From the NCBI GenBank assembly GCA_964609215.1, contig CAZSQZ010000005.1, positions 47,655-111,654 of the forward strand: a stretch of DNA of 64,000 bases, written 5' to 3'. The notes under the pieces were generated by a model. The model ran no database searches, had not been told where the DNA came from, and saw only the letters and a list, made by a program, of their open reading frames with translations. A program made the position numbers and the translations under genes. Each line of letters opens with the position of its first letter. The stretch's first letter is position 1. Below are positions 46,281 through 56,115 of the stretch, piece after piece. This stretch comes from an uncultured Flavobacteriales bacterium (lineage in GTDB: Bacteria > Bacteroidota > Bacteroidia > Flavobacteriales_D > JABDKJ01).

Positions 46281-48141
46281 TTAAATTTATTTGAAGCCAC
46301 TGTTCCAAAACTACGAGATGCCAAATACGTGACCAAGTAATTGAAGGATCATCATTCAGAAATCTACTCCAAAGACCCAAAAGCTCTTTTGATGCTATAA
46401 CCTCTCGCTCGGCAAGAGAATTAATCTTTTCCTCGCAAAAATCTTTTAAATCCTTTTTCATCCATTCCTTCCAAGGAAAAGTGAAACCCATTTTTTTTCG
46501 ATTGACCACCTCATCGGGTAACAGATCTGAAAAGGCTTCTATCAGTAATTTTTTTGGACTATGGGGATACTTGGTTCTATCATCAATAGCTAAAACCATA
46601 TCCACAAACTCGTGATCTAGAAATGGAACTCTTACCTCTAATGCACTGGCCATGCTCATTTGATCCGTATCTCTCAGTAATACATTGGTCATATAAGAGT
46701 TAAATTCCAATAGTGAAATCTTACTTAGATATGGCAATTTAAAGGCATATCCATCAAAAGAAATATGCTCTTGCCCCTTTTTGAAGACCTCGTTTTCTGG
46801 TAATTGTTTAAGGCCTGTTAAATTCAGAATTGATTCATCTTGAAGCACCGCTCGCATACTTGGATATATATACTCCAGATCAAAATAGTCCTTAACTAAA
46901 ATATCTTTGACCTTGGTTCCAGCGGCTTGTGTATTCATTCTGGAGTATACCGAACCGGCCATTTTTCTTAGAAAAAGAGGAAAGCTCGTAATCCACTTCT
47001 TTTGGGAAATATTGGCGCAATACTTAAATAGATCGTAGCCGGCAAAAAGCTCATCTCCACCTAAACCTGACAGAGCCATTGTAATTCCACTCTCCTTTGT
47101 TTTCTTTGAAACTAAATAAGTATTTGGACCATCTCCAGATGGATGATCCATCGCTTTAAGTGCTTCAGGCAAAAGATCCAGAAAGTCTTTTAGTTCTAAC
47201 TTAATTTCATGATGCTGTGTATTATACTTCTTTGAAATCAATTGAGAATATGGGGCTTCACTAAATTCTTCTTCGTCAAAGACTACTGAAAATGTATTGA
47301 CCTTTCCTGGGGTAAGCTGTGACATTATTCCAACTATAATGCTGGAATCAATACCGCCACTTAAAAAAGCCCCATAATCTACATCTGCCACTAATCTTTT
47401 TTCTACACTTGATATTAAACCTTGCTTAATATCATTTTGAATCTCTTTTTCATTTTTAGCCTGCGCGGGATGATGACCAAACTCAAAGTATTTAGATATT
47501 TCAAATATTCCTTCACTTAATCTGATGTAATGGCCAGGTTCCAATACCTTGACTCCTTCAATAATTGTATTTGGAGAATGCACTGTAGAATACCTCAAAT
47601 AATCCACAAGGCTTTTCTTATCTAGCTTTCTAGAAACCAATTCACTACTCAAAAGAGCACGAACTTCAGAGGAAAATAAAATCGAATTGTCTTTTTCGGC
47701 ATAATACAGTGGCTTTATTCCTACCCTGTCTCTGCAAATAAATAATTGCTCTTCCCAATCATCCCAAATTGCAAAGGCAAACATTCCATTAAACATTTGC
47801 AATGCTTTAATGCCCCATTTTGAAAAGGCTGCAAGAATAACTTCAGAATCGCTCTTACTTTGAAATGGATAGTCTGAAAACCGTCCTTTAAGTTCCTGAA
47901 AATTGTAAAGTTCTCCATTAAAAACTAGGGTATATCTACCATCAGCACTTTTCATAGGCTGGTTAGCCTTTTCATCCAAATCTATGATTGACAAACGTCT
48001 ATGACCTAGTGCTACAAAATCATTGACATAAACACCTTCTGCATTTGGACCACGGTGAGCCAAAGCATTATTCATTTTTTCAATAACTTCTTTAGGATGT
48101 TGAACTTTTTCCAGGCCAAAGAGGCCATTGATTCCGCACAT
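46270..48141 (-). CDS. asnB: Asparagine synthase (glutamine-hydrolysing) family amidotransferase embedded in a glycan locus
   Basis: N-terminal MCGI (Ntn Cys2), HRGPN, RRLSIIDL, and the PP-loop FLSGGIDSS. Confidence 0.9.
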   Translation of the reverse strand: MCGINGLFGLEKVQHPKEVIEKMNNALAHRGPNAEGVYVNDFVALGHRRLSIIDLDEKANQPMKSADGRYTLVFNGELYNFQELKGRFSDYPFQSKSDSEVILAAFSKWGIKALQMFNGMFAFAIWDDWEEQLFICRDRVGIKPLYYAEKDNSILFSSEVRALLSSELVSRKLDKKSLVDYLRYSTVHSPNTIIEGVKVLEPGHYIRLSEGIFEISKYFEFGHHPAQAKNEKEIQNDIKQGLISSVEKRLVADVDYGAFLSGGIDSSIIVGIMSQLTPGKVNTFSVVFDEEEFSEAPYSQLISKKYNTQHHEIKLELKDFLDLLPEALKAMDHPSGDGPNTYLVSKKTKESGITMALSGLGGDELFAGYDLFKYCANISQKKWITSFPLFLRKMAGSVYSRMNTQAAGTKVKDILVKDYFDLEYIYPSMRAVLQDESILNLTGLKQLPENEVFKKGQEHISFDGYAFKLPYLSKISLLEFNSYMTNVLLRDTDQMSMASALEVRVPFLDHEFVDMVLAIDDRTKYPHSPKKLLIEAFSDLLPDEVVNRKKMGFTFPWKEWMKKDLKDFCEEKINSLAEREVIASKELLGLWSRFLNDDPSITWSRIWHLVVLEQWLQINLIEE

Positions 48142-49080
48142 CTATAAATTTATGTAATGGGGTGTTTCAATAATACTTTTCAATCCAATTTCAAGAGGAA
48201 TGAGTTCTCTTTGTAGGATCTCTTTCATTTGTCTATTATCTGGTAATCTTCTAGACATATCTCCTTCAGCCAATGGAGGTAAGTGAACAATTTGAGAAGG
48301 AGAACCGGTAATTTCAACAATTTTTCTTGCCAAGTCAATAATGGTCATTTCCTTGTCAGAACCAATATTTACAACATCATTGATAAATAAGTTGTCTTCA
48401 AAGCACTTCAAGCATGTATCCACATTGTCATTGATATGGCAGAAAGTACGTGTTTGATTTCCATCTCCGTAAACGGTAATATCTTCTCCCTTCAATGCAG
48501 CTCGCAGAAACTTAGAGATTACAAAATCCTTACTTTGTTTTGGGCCATAGGTATTGAAAAATCTAAAGATCGTATATTCTAAACCAAATTCTTGATAATA
48601 GGATCTTAAGTAGGCTTCTCCCACATTTTTTACAATTGCATAGGGTAATTTAGAATTTAAAGGAGTGGTCTTCTCATTTTGAGGAATCTCAACGGGTTCG
48701 CCATAAACCTCTGATGATGATGAATAGAATACTCTCTTCACTCTTGAATTTTTAGATAAATCCAAAATATTTCTAATTCCTTCAATATCTTTTAAAACTG
48801 AAACTGGATTCTCTAATGTTCTCTGTACACCTACCAGTGCAGCATAGTGGAAAACGTAATCAAAATTATAGGCGTAAAATACTCCAGAGATATCATTGAA
48901 ATTATTTACATCACACTTTATAAATTGAAGATTATCGTAAGCTTCTAAAGGTAATTTTTTAGTATCTCCTGTTCTTAAATTGTCTACAACCACAACAAGA
49001 TTTTGAGAGTCTTGCGCTAACCTAATCGCAACTTCACTCGCAATAAATCCTGCCCCACCAGTAACCAATATACGTTTCAT
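48142..49080 (-). CDS. NAD-dependent sugar-nucleotide epimerase/dehydratase (extended SDR)
   Basis: ILVTGGAGFIAS Rossmann motif, SSSEVYG, and the YxxxK motif (PYAIVK). Confidence 0.85.
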   Translation of the reverse strand: MKRILVTGGAGFIASEVAIRLAQDSQNLVVVVDNLRTGDTKKLPLEAYDNLQFIKCDVNNFNDISGVFYAYNFDYVFHYAALVGVQRTLENPVSVLKDIEGIRNILDLSKNSRVKRVFYSSSSEVYGEPVEIPQNEKTTPLNSKLPYAIVKNVGEAYLRSYYQEFGLEYTIFRFFNTYGPKQSKDFVISKFLRAALKGEDITVYGDGNQTRTFCHINDNVDTCLKCFEDNLFINDVVNIGSDKEMTIIDLARKIVEITGSPSQIVHLPPLAEGDMSRRLPDNRQMKEILQRELIPLEIGLKSIIETPHYINL

Positions 49081-49104
49081 AATTTTTAATTAACTATTCT
49101 AAAT

Positions 49105-50139
49105 TTACAATATTTCTAGCAAATTGTCAGCCCACTTTCGAGGACTAATCTTATTTGACAGTTCAATACTGTATTTAGACATTTTAATGTATTGTTTTTC
49201 AGTCAATTGACTCATCTCATTTAAAGCATTTAAAATTTCTTCCTCTGAATCAGGATTCACCAAAAAACCATTTTTGCCTTTTTCCAGAAATTTTTCTGAG
49301 GCTCCCACCTTATTACTGAGGATCATTGGAAATCCTGCTGCTGCCATTTCATGAACTACAAGCCCCCAAGGCTCAAAAAAACTGGGAAGAATAAAAACAT
49401 CGGTTTTCAAAAGAAATTTTTCCATATCGGCTGGTTGTACAAAGCCTTGATGTGTTATTCCCTCTATTTGAGGCGCATTTTCATAGAGAGGGCCAGTTCC
49501 TAAACATAGCAATTCCCATTCCTTATTTAACTCTCTAAACTTTTGAAAGGCATTGAACAATCCAAAAATGTTCTTTTCATTGGAGTAACGGCCTATATAG
49601 ATGAACTTCTTCTTTCTCTCAGAAATGGAAGATCGTGTTAAGCTAATTTTCTCAAACAAATCAATATCTGCAGAATATAGATCATTAAGAATTCTGTCTT
49701 TTTTGAAGCCTAATTTTAAAGCGTAATTTCTCTGCCTATTCCCTGCAACCCATGCATGAGAAAAATAAGGTAATAGCTTAAATTTTGATACTAAAGTCCA
49801 AACTCTCTGTTTGAGATTTGCTTGCCAGGGATTATCTAGCGTAAGTACTTTAATATCGCAAAGCTTCATCTTAGCAATGTTGACATAATCCTTATCTCTC
49901 CATCCACTTACGACCAAAATATCTGGCTTTAAGGAATAGCAAAGTGTCTTTAGTTCTTCGTCTTTGTAATTTGCCTTTGGATAGAACTTCGCTTTGCCCG
50001 ATAGATTAAATTGAAATGGTGCTTCTGGATTCACAGGCCAATGAATGACATGAACCTCAGCTTGCTCAGACAATTCGGAAATGCAAGCCACAAAGTACAT
50101 GGCTAATTCACTATGCAAGAATAAAATCTTAGGCCTCAC
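49105..50139 (-). CDS. Glycosyltransferase, GT4-like
   Basis: FILPSFFEPWGLVVHEMAAAGFPMILSNKVG (E-x7-E). Confidence 0.75.
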   Translation of the reverse strand: MRPKILFLHSELAMYFVACISELSEQAEVHVIHWPVNPEAPFQFNLSGKAKFYPKANYKDEELKTLCYSLKPDILVVSGWRDKDYVNIAKMKLCDIKVLTLDNPWQANLKQRVWTLVSKFKLLPYFSHAWVAGNRQRNYALKLGFKKDRILNDLYSADIDLFEKISLTRSSISERKKKFIYIGRYSNEKNIFGLFNAFQKFRELNKEWELLCLGTGPLYENAPQIEGITHQGFVQPADMEKFLLKTDVFILPSFFEPWGLVVHEMAAAGFPMILSNKVGASEKFLEKGKNGFLVNPDSEEEILNALNEMSQLTEKQYIKMSKYSIELSNKISPRKWADNLLEIL

Positions 50140-51433
50140 TTATTTCCTCTTTAGGTTCTTCATAAATCATTACTGTCAAAATCATTATCAGAATAATGGT
50201 AAAAGGATTTAGACTCGCAGTTAACCAGGATTCAAAACTTACCGAAAAAATCAAAGCATAAAAAATGGGCCATGCCATAACGGATTTCTTAGATGCTTTT
50301 ATAAAGGTTATTACTAGTCCCACACAATAAAGAACTACTCCAATTACACCTGTATCTAACCAGAAAGTCAAAAAAGACTGATGTGCATTACCTAAATGCC
50401 CTCTTCTAGAAAGCAAATGAAAGTTTTCTTTAAATAGTGTTTCTGTATAATTAAAGCCCTTTCCAAAAGTAAAAGAGGAATAACTGGATTGAATTTCTTG
50501 CCAAGCAAAGCCCCAGGCGATAATCCGTCCTGAACCTTCAAGAAGTGTGTCTTTTCTAAAATAATTATCAAGCCCCAGAATTTCTATACCACTAATAATC
50601 AACTCAAAAATTTGATCGTAAAGAAATAGAATGGAACAAAACAATAAAAAACCAACAAAGCCCGAGATGAAATATATTCTGCTAAAGAGGAAATAAATGA
50701 AAACGGAAAAGATTGCAGACCTTGTTTGACTGTAGGCTAAAACTCCTAAAATAATTATGTAAAAAACCCATTTTTCGGTCTTGGAAAAAACCAATTTATC
50801 TTTGCTTAAGGCGACCTCAAAGAATATAAAGAGAAGCATGCAAAAGATTCCCAAACCATTTGTATTCCCAAAAAAACCTCTAAAACGTTCTTCAAGAAAT
50901 GCTTTTTCACCGACAAAAAAGGCATAAGCCAAACATGCCAAAAGAATGATGGCTCCAAAATAGACCACACTTCTAAGAAAATTGTTCCTTTCAAATTTCA
51001 TGGACCAATTGACCAGATAGGGAACTAAGAATAGCAAAAGTGCATAGGACAAGGTCTTTTGAAAACACACTCCAATTCCTGGAGAAAAAATAATCACCAC
51101 AAAACTCCAAAATATGAAAGGAAGAAAGCTTTTGATAATAGGGTTTCCAACGGCAATAATGGATTTCCTTTTTATAAAAAAGCCTAAGGCTACGAGTAAA
51201 ATAAAAAGAGGCTTTATAGTCTTCGCAAATTCTAAACTGTAGACACTACTGTCACTGAGAATTAGAATAAACCAAAAACCCAATAACATCTCTAGTAAAT
51301 AGTTTCTTCTTATGAAAAGTAAAGTTGTTAGAGGAATAAAAGCCAAATAGGTTGGACCTAGAAATGCTCCTACAATAAGCCAAAGAAAGACTATTGCGAA
51401 AAATACTTTATTGAGTTTGAGGTGGGCAACCAA
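50129..51433 (-). CDS. O-antigen polymerase/ligase-like (Wzy_C family) polytopic membrane protein
   Basis: At least 10 TM helices with a large loop containing ...RFRGFFGNTNGLG..., typical of Wzy/WaaL-like proteins. The start (TTG 51433) is uncertain. Confidence 0.65.
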   Translation of the reverse strand: MVAHLKLNKVFFAIVFLWLIVGAFLGPTYLAFIPLTTLLFIRRNYLLEMLLGFWFILILSDSSVYSLEFAKTIKPLFILLVALGFFIKRKSIIAVGNPIIKSFLPFIFWSFVVIIFSPGIGVCFQKTLSYALLLFLVPYLVNWSMKFERNNFLRSVVYFGAIILLACLAYAFFVGEKAFLEERFRGFFGNTNGLGIFCMLLFIFFEVALSKDKLVFSKTEKWVFYIIILGVLAYSQTRSAIFSVFIYFLFSRIYFISGFVGFLLFCSILFLYDQIFELIISGIEILGLDNYFRKDTLLEGSGRIIAWGFAWQEIQSSYSSFTFGKGFNYTETLFKENFHLLSRRGHLGNAHQSFLTFWLDTGVIGVVLYCVGLVITFIKASKKSVMAWPIFYALIFSVSFESWLTASLNPFTIILIMILTVMIYEEPKEEISEA

Positions 51434-51565
51434 AAATTTAGAATAAGGGCAAATATATACCTTTAGGTGTTCAAATTGTTGCTATATCGAATCTGTTTAA
51501 AATAGAATTATGTGATATTTCAGTGATTGGGCCATATTTATAGCTTTGTTAAACCAAATCGATAC

Positions 51566-52327
51566 ATGTTCTATTACTTATCCAAACTTCTGGACTTTTT
51601 ACTTCAACCTTCTTTTTGGGTCTTTCTGTTCATAGTATTGGCCTTCCTTAAGAAGAACAAACGGAAGAGGTTTATTGGGATAGCATTGTTATTGTTTTTC
51701 GTTTTCGGGAATTCATTTATTTACAATTTAGCGATGAAGGGTTTGGAAGCAAAGCCTATTCAAAAAGATGCATTTGCATCAAATGCAGATGCGGTCTTGC
51801 TGTTAGGTGGCTACGGCCGTTATGGTCATCAAAAAAAATCATTGGAACTTAATGAAGCTGCTGATAGAATTGCGGAATCTCTGGCACTCTATCACTCAAA
51901 AAAAATTAAAAAGATTATCGTTTTAAGTGGTGCCTCTTCTAGTGCATTTCCAGAACAGAAAGAAGCAAACCTCAGCAAATCCTATTTGTTAAAATGTGGT
52001 GTAAAAGACAAAGATATCCTAGTTGATTCCAGTTCATTAAATACTTTTCAGAATGCAGAAAACGCAAAACAAATTATTGAAAAGAATAATCTAAAAGGCC
52101 CTTTTTACCTCATTACATCAGCGTTTCATATGAGAAGAGCAAAAGCATGTTTTGATAATCAAAATATCAACACCATTCCTTTAGCAACGGATTATTACAG
52201 CACAGTTGAGACCTTTGATCTGGAATATCATCTTCTTCCAAATACCCAAACATTGGTGGATTGGAAAATTATTTTCAAAGAGATTGTGGGATATTGGGTT
52301 TATGATTTAAAGGGCTATATAGATTAA
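51566..52327 (+). CDS. YdcF/ElyC-family (DUF218) protein
   Basis: Start moved to ATG 51566 (MFYYLSKLLDFLLQPSFW). Two TM helices followed by AVLLLGGY...ILVDSSSLNTFQNA...ITSAFHMRRA. Confidence 0.75.
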   Translation: MFYYLSKLLDFLLQPSFWVFLFIVLAFLKKNKRKRFIGIALLLFFVFGNSFIYNLAMKGLEAKPIQKDAFASNADAVLLLGGYGRYGHQKKSLELNEAADRIAESLALYHSKKIKKIIVLSGASSSAFPEQKEANLSKSYLLKCGVKDKDILVDSSSLNTFQNAENAKQIIEKNNLKGPFYLITSAFHMRRAKACFDNQNINTIPLATDYYSTVETFDLEYHLLPNTQTLVDWKIIFKEIVGYWVYDLKGYID

Positions 52328-52344
52328 ATTCTATTTTTGTTCTA

Positions 52345-52977
52345 TTGAAAGAAGCTAAAAATATACTCGTACTTGCCCCTCACCCGGATGATGCAGAATT
52401 TGGTTGTGGAGCATCTATACACAGGTGGTCAAATGAAGGAAAAAATGTCTGGATAGCCACCTTTTCTGCTTGTGTTAAGTCTTTGCCCAAGGGCTTAGAA
52501 AGCGATACTTTGTACAAGGAAATGAGCAAATCAATAGCGCATTTGAAAGTAGATTCTGAATGCATTAAGCATTTTGATTTTCCAGTTAGAGAATTTCCAA
52601 AATACAGACAAGAAATTTTAGAAGAACTGATAAAAATGAGAAAGGAAATTGATCCTGGTTTAATTCTTATTCCAGCTTCTTTCGATATCCACCAAGATCA
52701 TAAAACCATTCATGAGGAAGGCGTAAGAGCTTTTAAAGGCAGAAAAGTATTGGGCTATGAATTGCCATGGAATAATATTCAAAGCACCATAGATTTTCAT
52801 GTTAAGGTTTCAGAGGAAAATATGAATGCAAAAGAAAATGCCGCTGCATGTTATGCCTCTCAAAGTCATAGACCTTATACAAAAGCTGGGTTTTTTAAAG
52901 CATTGGCAACAATTAGAGGAGTCCAGGCAGGAACAGCCTATGCCGAAGGTTTTGAGCTGATTAAGTGGAATTCTTAG
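52345..52977 (+). CDS. PIG-L/LmbE-family N-deacetylase
   Basis: ILVLAPHPDDAEFGCG and HQDH motifs. Apparent TTG start. Confidence 0.8.
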   Translation: MKEAKNILVLAPHPDDAEFGCGASIHRWSNEGKNVWIATFSACVKSLPKGLESDTLYKEMSKSIAHLKVDSECIKHFDFPVREFPKYRQEILEELIKMRKEIDPGLILIPASFDIHQDHKTIHEEGVRAFKGRKVLGYELPWNNIQSTIDFHVKVSEENMNAKENAAACYASQSHRPYTKAGFFKALATIRGVQAGTAYAEGFELIKWNS

Positions 52978-53030
52978 ACCTTTTATTTTAAGTTCTTATT
53001 AGCCTAAGTCACCCATTTAGAATTAAACGA

Positions 53031-53777
53031 TTGAAAGCAAAATATGATAAAATAGGAGTCAATTATGCAAAAAAGCGTAAAAGTGATCCCAAAGTAGCTG
53101 CACAAATTTTTAAAAGACTTGAAGGGGCGGAAAGGATAATCAATATTGGAGCGGGTTCTGGATCCTATGAGCCAGATCATGTTAATCTGGTTGCAGTTGA
53201 GCCTTCTATAGAAATGATCAATCAGCGCAACCCGAATGCTCACCCTGTGATTCAAGGAAGTGCAGAATCTTTGCCTTTTCCAGACAATAGCTTTACGCAT
53301 GCACTGACTATCTTATCCATGCATCATTGGCAAAATAGAGAATTGGCCTTTAAGGAGATAAATAGAGTTGCTACAGAACGATTTGTTGCTGTTTCATGGA
53401 ATCCAGATTCTAAACCTTTTTGGTTGACCAGAGACTATTTTCCTGAAATCATTGAATTGGACAAAAAAATATTTCCAACTGCGGAAGAAATTGCTGGTCA
53501 CTTTGATGATGTAGAAGTAAACCCATTGCTAATTCCTGAAGACTGTATGGATGGATTTTTGGCTGCGTATTGGAAAAGACCTTCCGCTTACTTGGACGTT
53601 TCGGTCAGAAATTCAATCTCTACTTTTTCAAAGCTTCCAAACATTTCAAATAATCTTGCAAAGCTGGAATCGGATATCAAAAGCAATAAATGGTTTGACA
53701 CCAACAAATCAATCCTGGATAAGTCATCATTAGACGCTGGTTACATAATCATTACTGGAAAAATTAAAGAGACATAA
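53031..53777 (+). CDS. Class I SAM-dependent methyltransferase
   Basis: Motif I INIGAGSGSY and post-I acidic residue VAVEPS. Apparent TTG start. Confidence 0.75.
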   Translation: MKAKYDKIGVNYAKKRKSDPKVAAQIFKRLEGAERIINIGAGSGSYEPDHVNLVAVEPSIEMINQRNPNAHPVIQGSAESLPFPDNSFTHALTILSMHHWQNRELAFKEINRVATERFVAVSWNPDSKPFWLTRDYFPEIIELDKKIFPTAEEIAGHFDDVEVNPLLIPEDCMDGFLAAYWKRPSAYLDVSVRNSISTFSKLPNISNNLAKLESDIKSNKWFDTNKSILDKSSLDAGYIIITGKIKET

Positions 53778-53863
53778 TTATCAAGCTCAATTGTCAAGCT
53801 CAATTGTCAAGCTCAATAGTCAAGTTCAATTATCAATTATCAATCATTAACTATCAATTTCAA
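53778..53863. repeat. Tandem-repeat array filling the whole convergent intergenic spacer: four 13-bp units, then about five 7-bp TCAA-type units
   Basis: ttatcaagctcaa / ttgtcaagctcaa / ttgtcaagctcaa / tagtcaagttcaa / ttatcaa / ttatcaa / tcattaa / ctatcaa / tttcaa. It starts 1 nt after the methyltransferase stop and runs into the peptidase stop codon. Confidence 0.85.
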
Positions 53864-55725
53864 TTCTTCTCCTGATAAAAGAAATCGTCCCCTCCTCCAG
53901 TAGCTCCAGAAATGTTATTGGAACGATCGGTATCTGCCATTCTCATTGTAGGGTCTATCTCTATGGCATCTATTAAACTTGCTGGATAGTTAACAGACAA
54001 AACATAACCAGGATGAGTCCAAGGCCAATCTGGAGCAGTAATTGTTTTTACTCCATTTATTGATTCTTCTTTTTCTCCCCTCATTATTCTTAAGGGAATA
54101 GTATACTGAATAACATTTCCATCTACCATATAAATCATAACATCCACTGGCATTATCATATCTCCTTTTCGTTCAATATAAATGTTAGTTTTAGTTCCAT
54201 CCGCTTGAACATCGGAAACCGCATAATCAATGGTCTTCTTGCTGGAAACAAAATATTCATGATACCAATCCAGTTCCAAACCACTTACTTTTTCAGCAAT
54301 ACGTATAAAGTCCTTATCCGTTGGATGCTTAAATTTCCATTCATTAAAATAGCGCAGCATGGTCTCAGCCAACGCTTTTTCACCAATTATATATTCCAGT
54401 TGCTTTAAAAAAACTTCTCCCTTGCTATATGCGTTTACACCATAAGCTCTATTGGTAATATAATGATCTGCATGTGTATCCATGCCTTCATCTTTTCCAT
54501 CTCTAACTAAATTCAAGTAAGATTGATACGATCTAAAATGAGCGTTTATGGGTTCTTCAGAAGGAGGATACAATTGATTCATTATAATGGTCGAAGCATA
54601 AGTAGTAAAACCTTCATCCATCCACGGGTAAAGTGCCTCGTTGGTACCTAAAATCATTTGATACCAAGAGTGCATAACTTCATGAACAGTCACACCAACC
54701 AGACTTCTTTCTTTTCTATTTCCTGTAATCAATGTAGCCATAGGATATTCCATTCCTCCATCGCCTCCTTGAATGATAGCATATCTTTTGTAAGGATATT
54801 GACCAAATTGCTTACTGGCCAGTCGGAATATCTCTGGAGTTTTTTCCTGAAGAGTTTTCCAATTCTTTTTTATTGCGTCATCATCCAAATAGAAAAAATG
54901 AAATTCAAGATCTCCATCCTTTACCACATCATGGATGTAATTAGGGTCTGCAGCCCAGACAAAATCGTGTACATTTTCCGCTCTAAAGTGCCAATTCAAT
55001 TTGCCCTTCTTTGCTTTGCCTTCCGCATCTGAATAACCATGTCCAATTTGATCTTTATTCAGTAATATTCCTGTTGCTCCAACCGTATAGTCTTTATCAA
55101 TATTAATCTTTACATCAAAGTCTCCCCATACACCATGAAATTCTCTTCCTATGTAAGGGTTTGCATGCCAACCTTGCTTATCGTATTCGCAAAGTTTTGG
55201 ATACCATTGAGCCATAGAAAAGTCAATACCTTCAGAATTGTTTCTGCCTGACCGTCTAATTTGAACAGGAACTTGCGCCTTCCAACCCATTGAAAATTGA
55301 CAAGTTTTACCGGGTAACAATTCGTCCAAAAGGCTTACTTCACATATTGTTCCTACCGTCTCAAAATCAAGAGGCTTTCCTTCTTGTCTAACATCTCTGA
55401 CATCTATATACCCTATTTGCGACTCATCCAGTTGAGCAATTCTTGCTCCTACTCTTCTATCAGGATCTTCAATGGTTCTGCTTCTAATATCCATCATGGA
55501 ACCAGGTTGAAATGCATTAAAATACAAATGAAAAAAGATGCGATCCAGTGTATCAGGAGAATTATTGGTATAGGTAAGATACATTGAGCCATCATATTGA
55601 TAGTTCTTTGCATCTACTTCAATTTCCATCATATACTCCACTCTTTGCTGCCAATAATCTCCTCCTTGAGCAGAAATAGAAATGCTGAGAACAATTAAAA
55701 CTAGGGCTAAAAAAATATTTTTCAT
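53860..55725 (-). CDS. M1-family zinc metallopeptidase (aminopeptidase N-like), secreted
   Basis: Signal peptide. HEVMHSWY (HExxH) followed 18 residues later by WMDEGFT (third Zn ligand Glu). Confidence 0.9.
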   Translation of the reverse strand: MKNIFLALVLIVLSISISAQGGDYWQQRVEYMMEIEVDAKNYQYDGSMYLTYTNNSPDTLDRIFFHLYFNAFQPGSMMDIRSRTIEDPDRRVGARIAQLDESQIGYIDVRDVRQEGKPLDFETVGTICEVSLLDELLPGKTCQFSMGWKAQVPVQIRRSGRNNSEGIDFSMAQWYPKLCEYDKQGWHANPYIGREFHGVWGDFDVKINIDKDYTVGATGILLNKDQIGHGYSDAEGKAKKGKLNWHFRAENVHDFVWAADPNYIHDVVKDGDLEFHFFYLDDDAIKKNWKTLQEKTPEIFRLASKQFGQYPYKRYAIIQGGDGGMEYPMATLITGNRKERSLVGVTVHEVMHSWYQMILGTNEALYPWMDEGFTTYASTIIMNQLYPPSEEPINAHFRSYQSYLNLVRDGKDEGMDTHADHYITNRAYGVNAYSKGEVFLKQLEYIIGEKALAETMLRYFNEWKFKHPTDKDFIRIAEKVSGLELDWYHEYFVSSKKTIDYAVSDVQADGTKTNIYIERKGDMIMPVDVMIYMVDGNVIQYTIPLRIMRGEKEESINGVKTITAPDWPWTHPGYVLSVNYPASLIDAIEIDPTMRMADTDRSNNISGATGGGDDFFYQEKN

Positions 55726-55812
55726 TTAAATTATTTGTTGAAAGCTATCAAAAGCTATTCCGAATTTCACGTAAAAGTCCGAAATTTGACGGATAAACAA
55801 AATTTGAAAGGC

Positions 55813-56115
55813 ATGTTTGGAGACTTAATGGGAAAAATTGGCAGTATGAAATCTAAAATGGAAGAGGTAAAAAACCGTCTTTCAAATATTACTGTTCAGG
55901 GAGAATCATCTAATGGAAAGGTAAAAATTGAAATGGATGGAAATAAACTAATGAAAGACATTTCAATTAACTACGATCTTAAAACAGTAGACTCTGAAGA
56001 GTTGAATGACATGATTGTTCAAGCCACAAATAGAGCGATAGAACAAGCGGAAAAAATGTATGAAGCAGAGATGGCAGCATCTGCAAAAGATTTCCTTCCA
56101 GGAATGGGTTTATGA
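55813..56115 (+). CDS. ybaB: YbaB/EbfC-family nucleoid-associated protein
   Basis: Start moved to ATG 55813 (MFGDLMGKIGSMKSKMEEVKNRL...). GESSNGKVKIEMDGNKLMKDISI matches the family core. Confidence 0.8.
   Translation: MFGDLMGKIGSMKSKMEEVKNRLSNITVQGESSNGKVKIEMDGNKLMKDISINYDLKTVDSEELNDMIVQATNRAIEQAEKMYEAEMAASAKDFLPGMGL

Noticed and set aside
31809-52977. A bacillithiol-pathway link between the DinB/YfiT-like protein (31809..32360) and the PIG-L/LmbE deacetylase (52345..52977, BshB-like).
   Set aside because: The genes are 20 kb apart and no bshA or bshC is visible. The deacetylase sits in a glycan locus, where a sugar N-deacetylase role is more parsimonious.
53778-53863. A CRISPR-like array.
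   Set aside because: The units are contiguous with no spacers, are only 13 or 7 bp long, and no cas genes are present.
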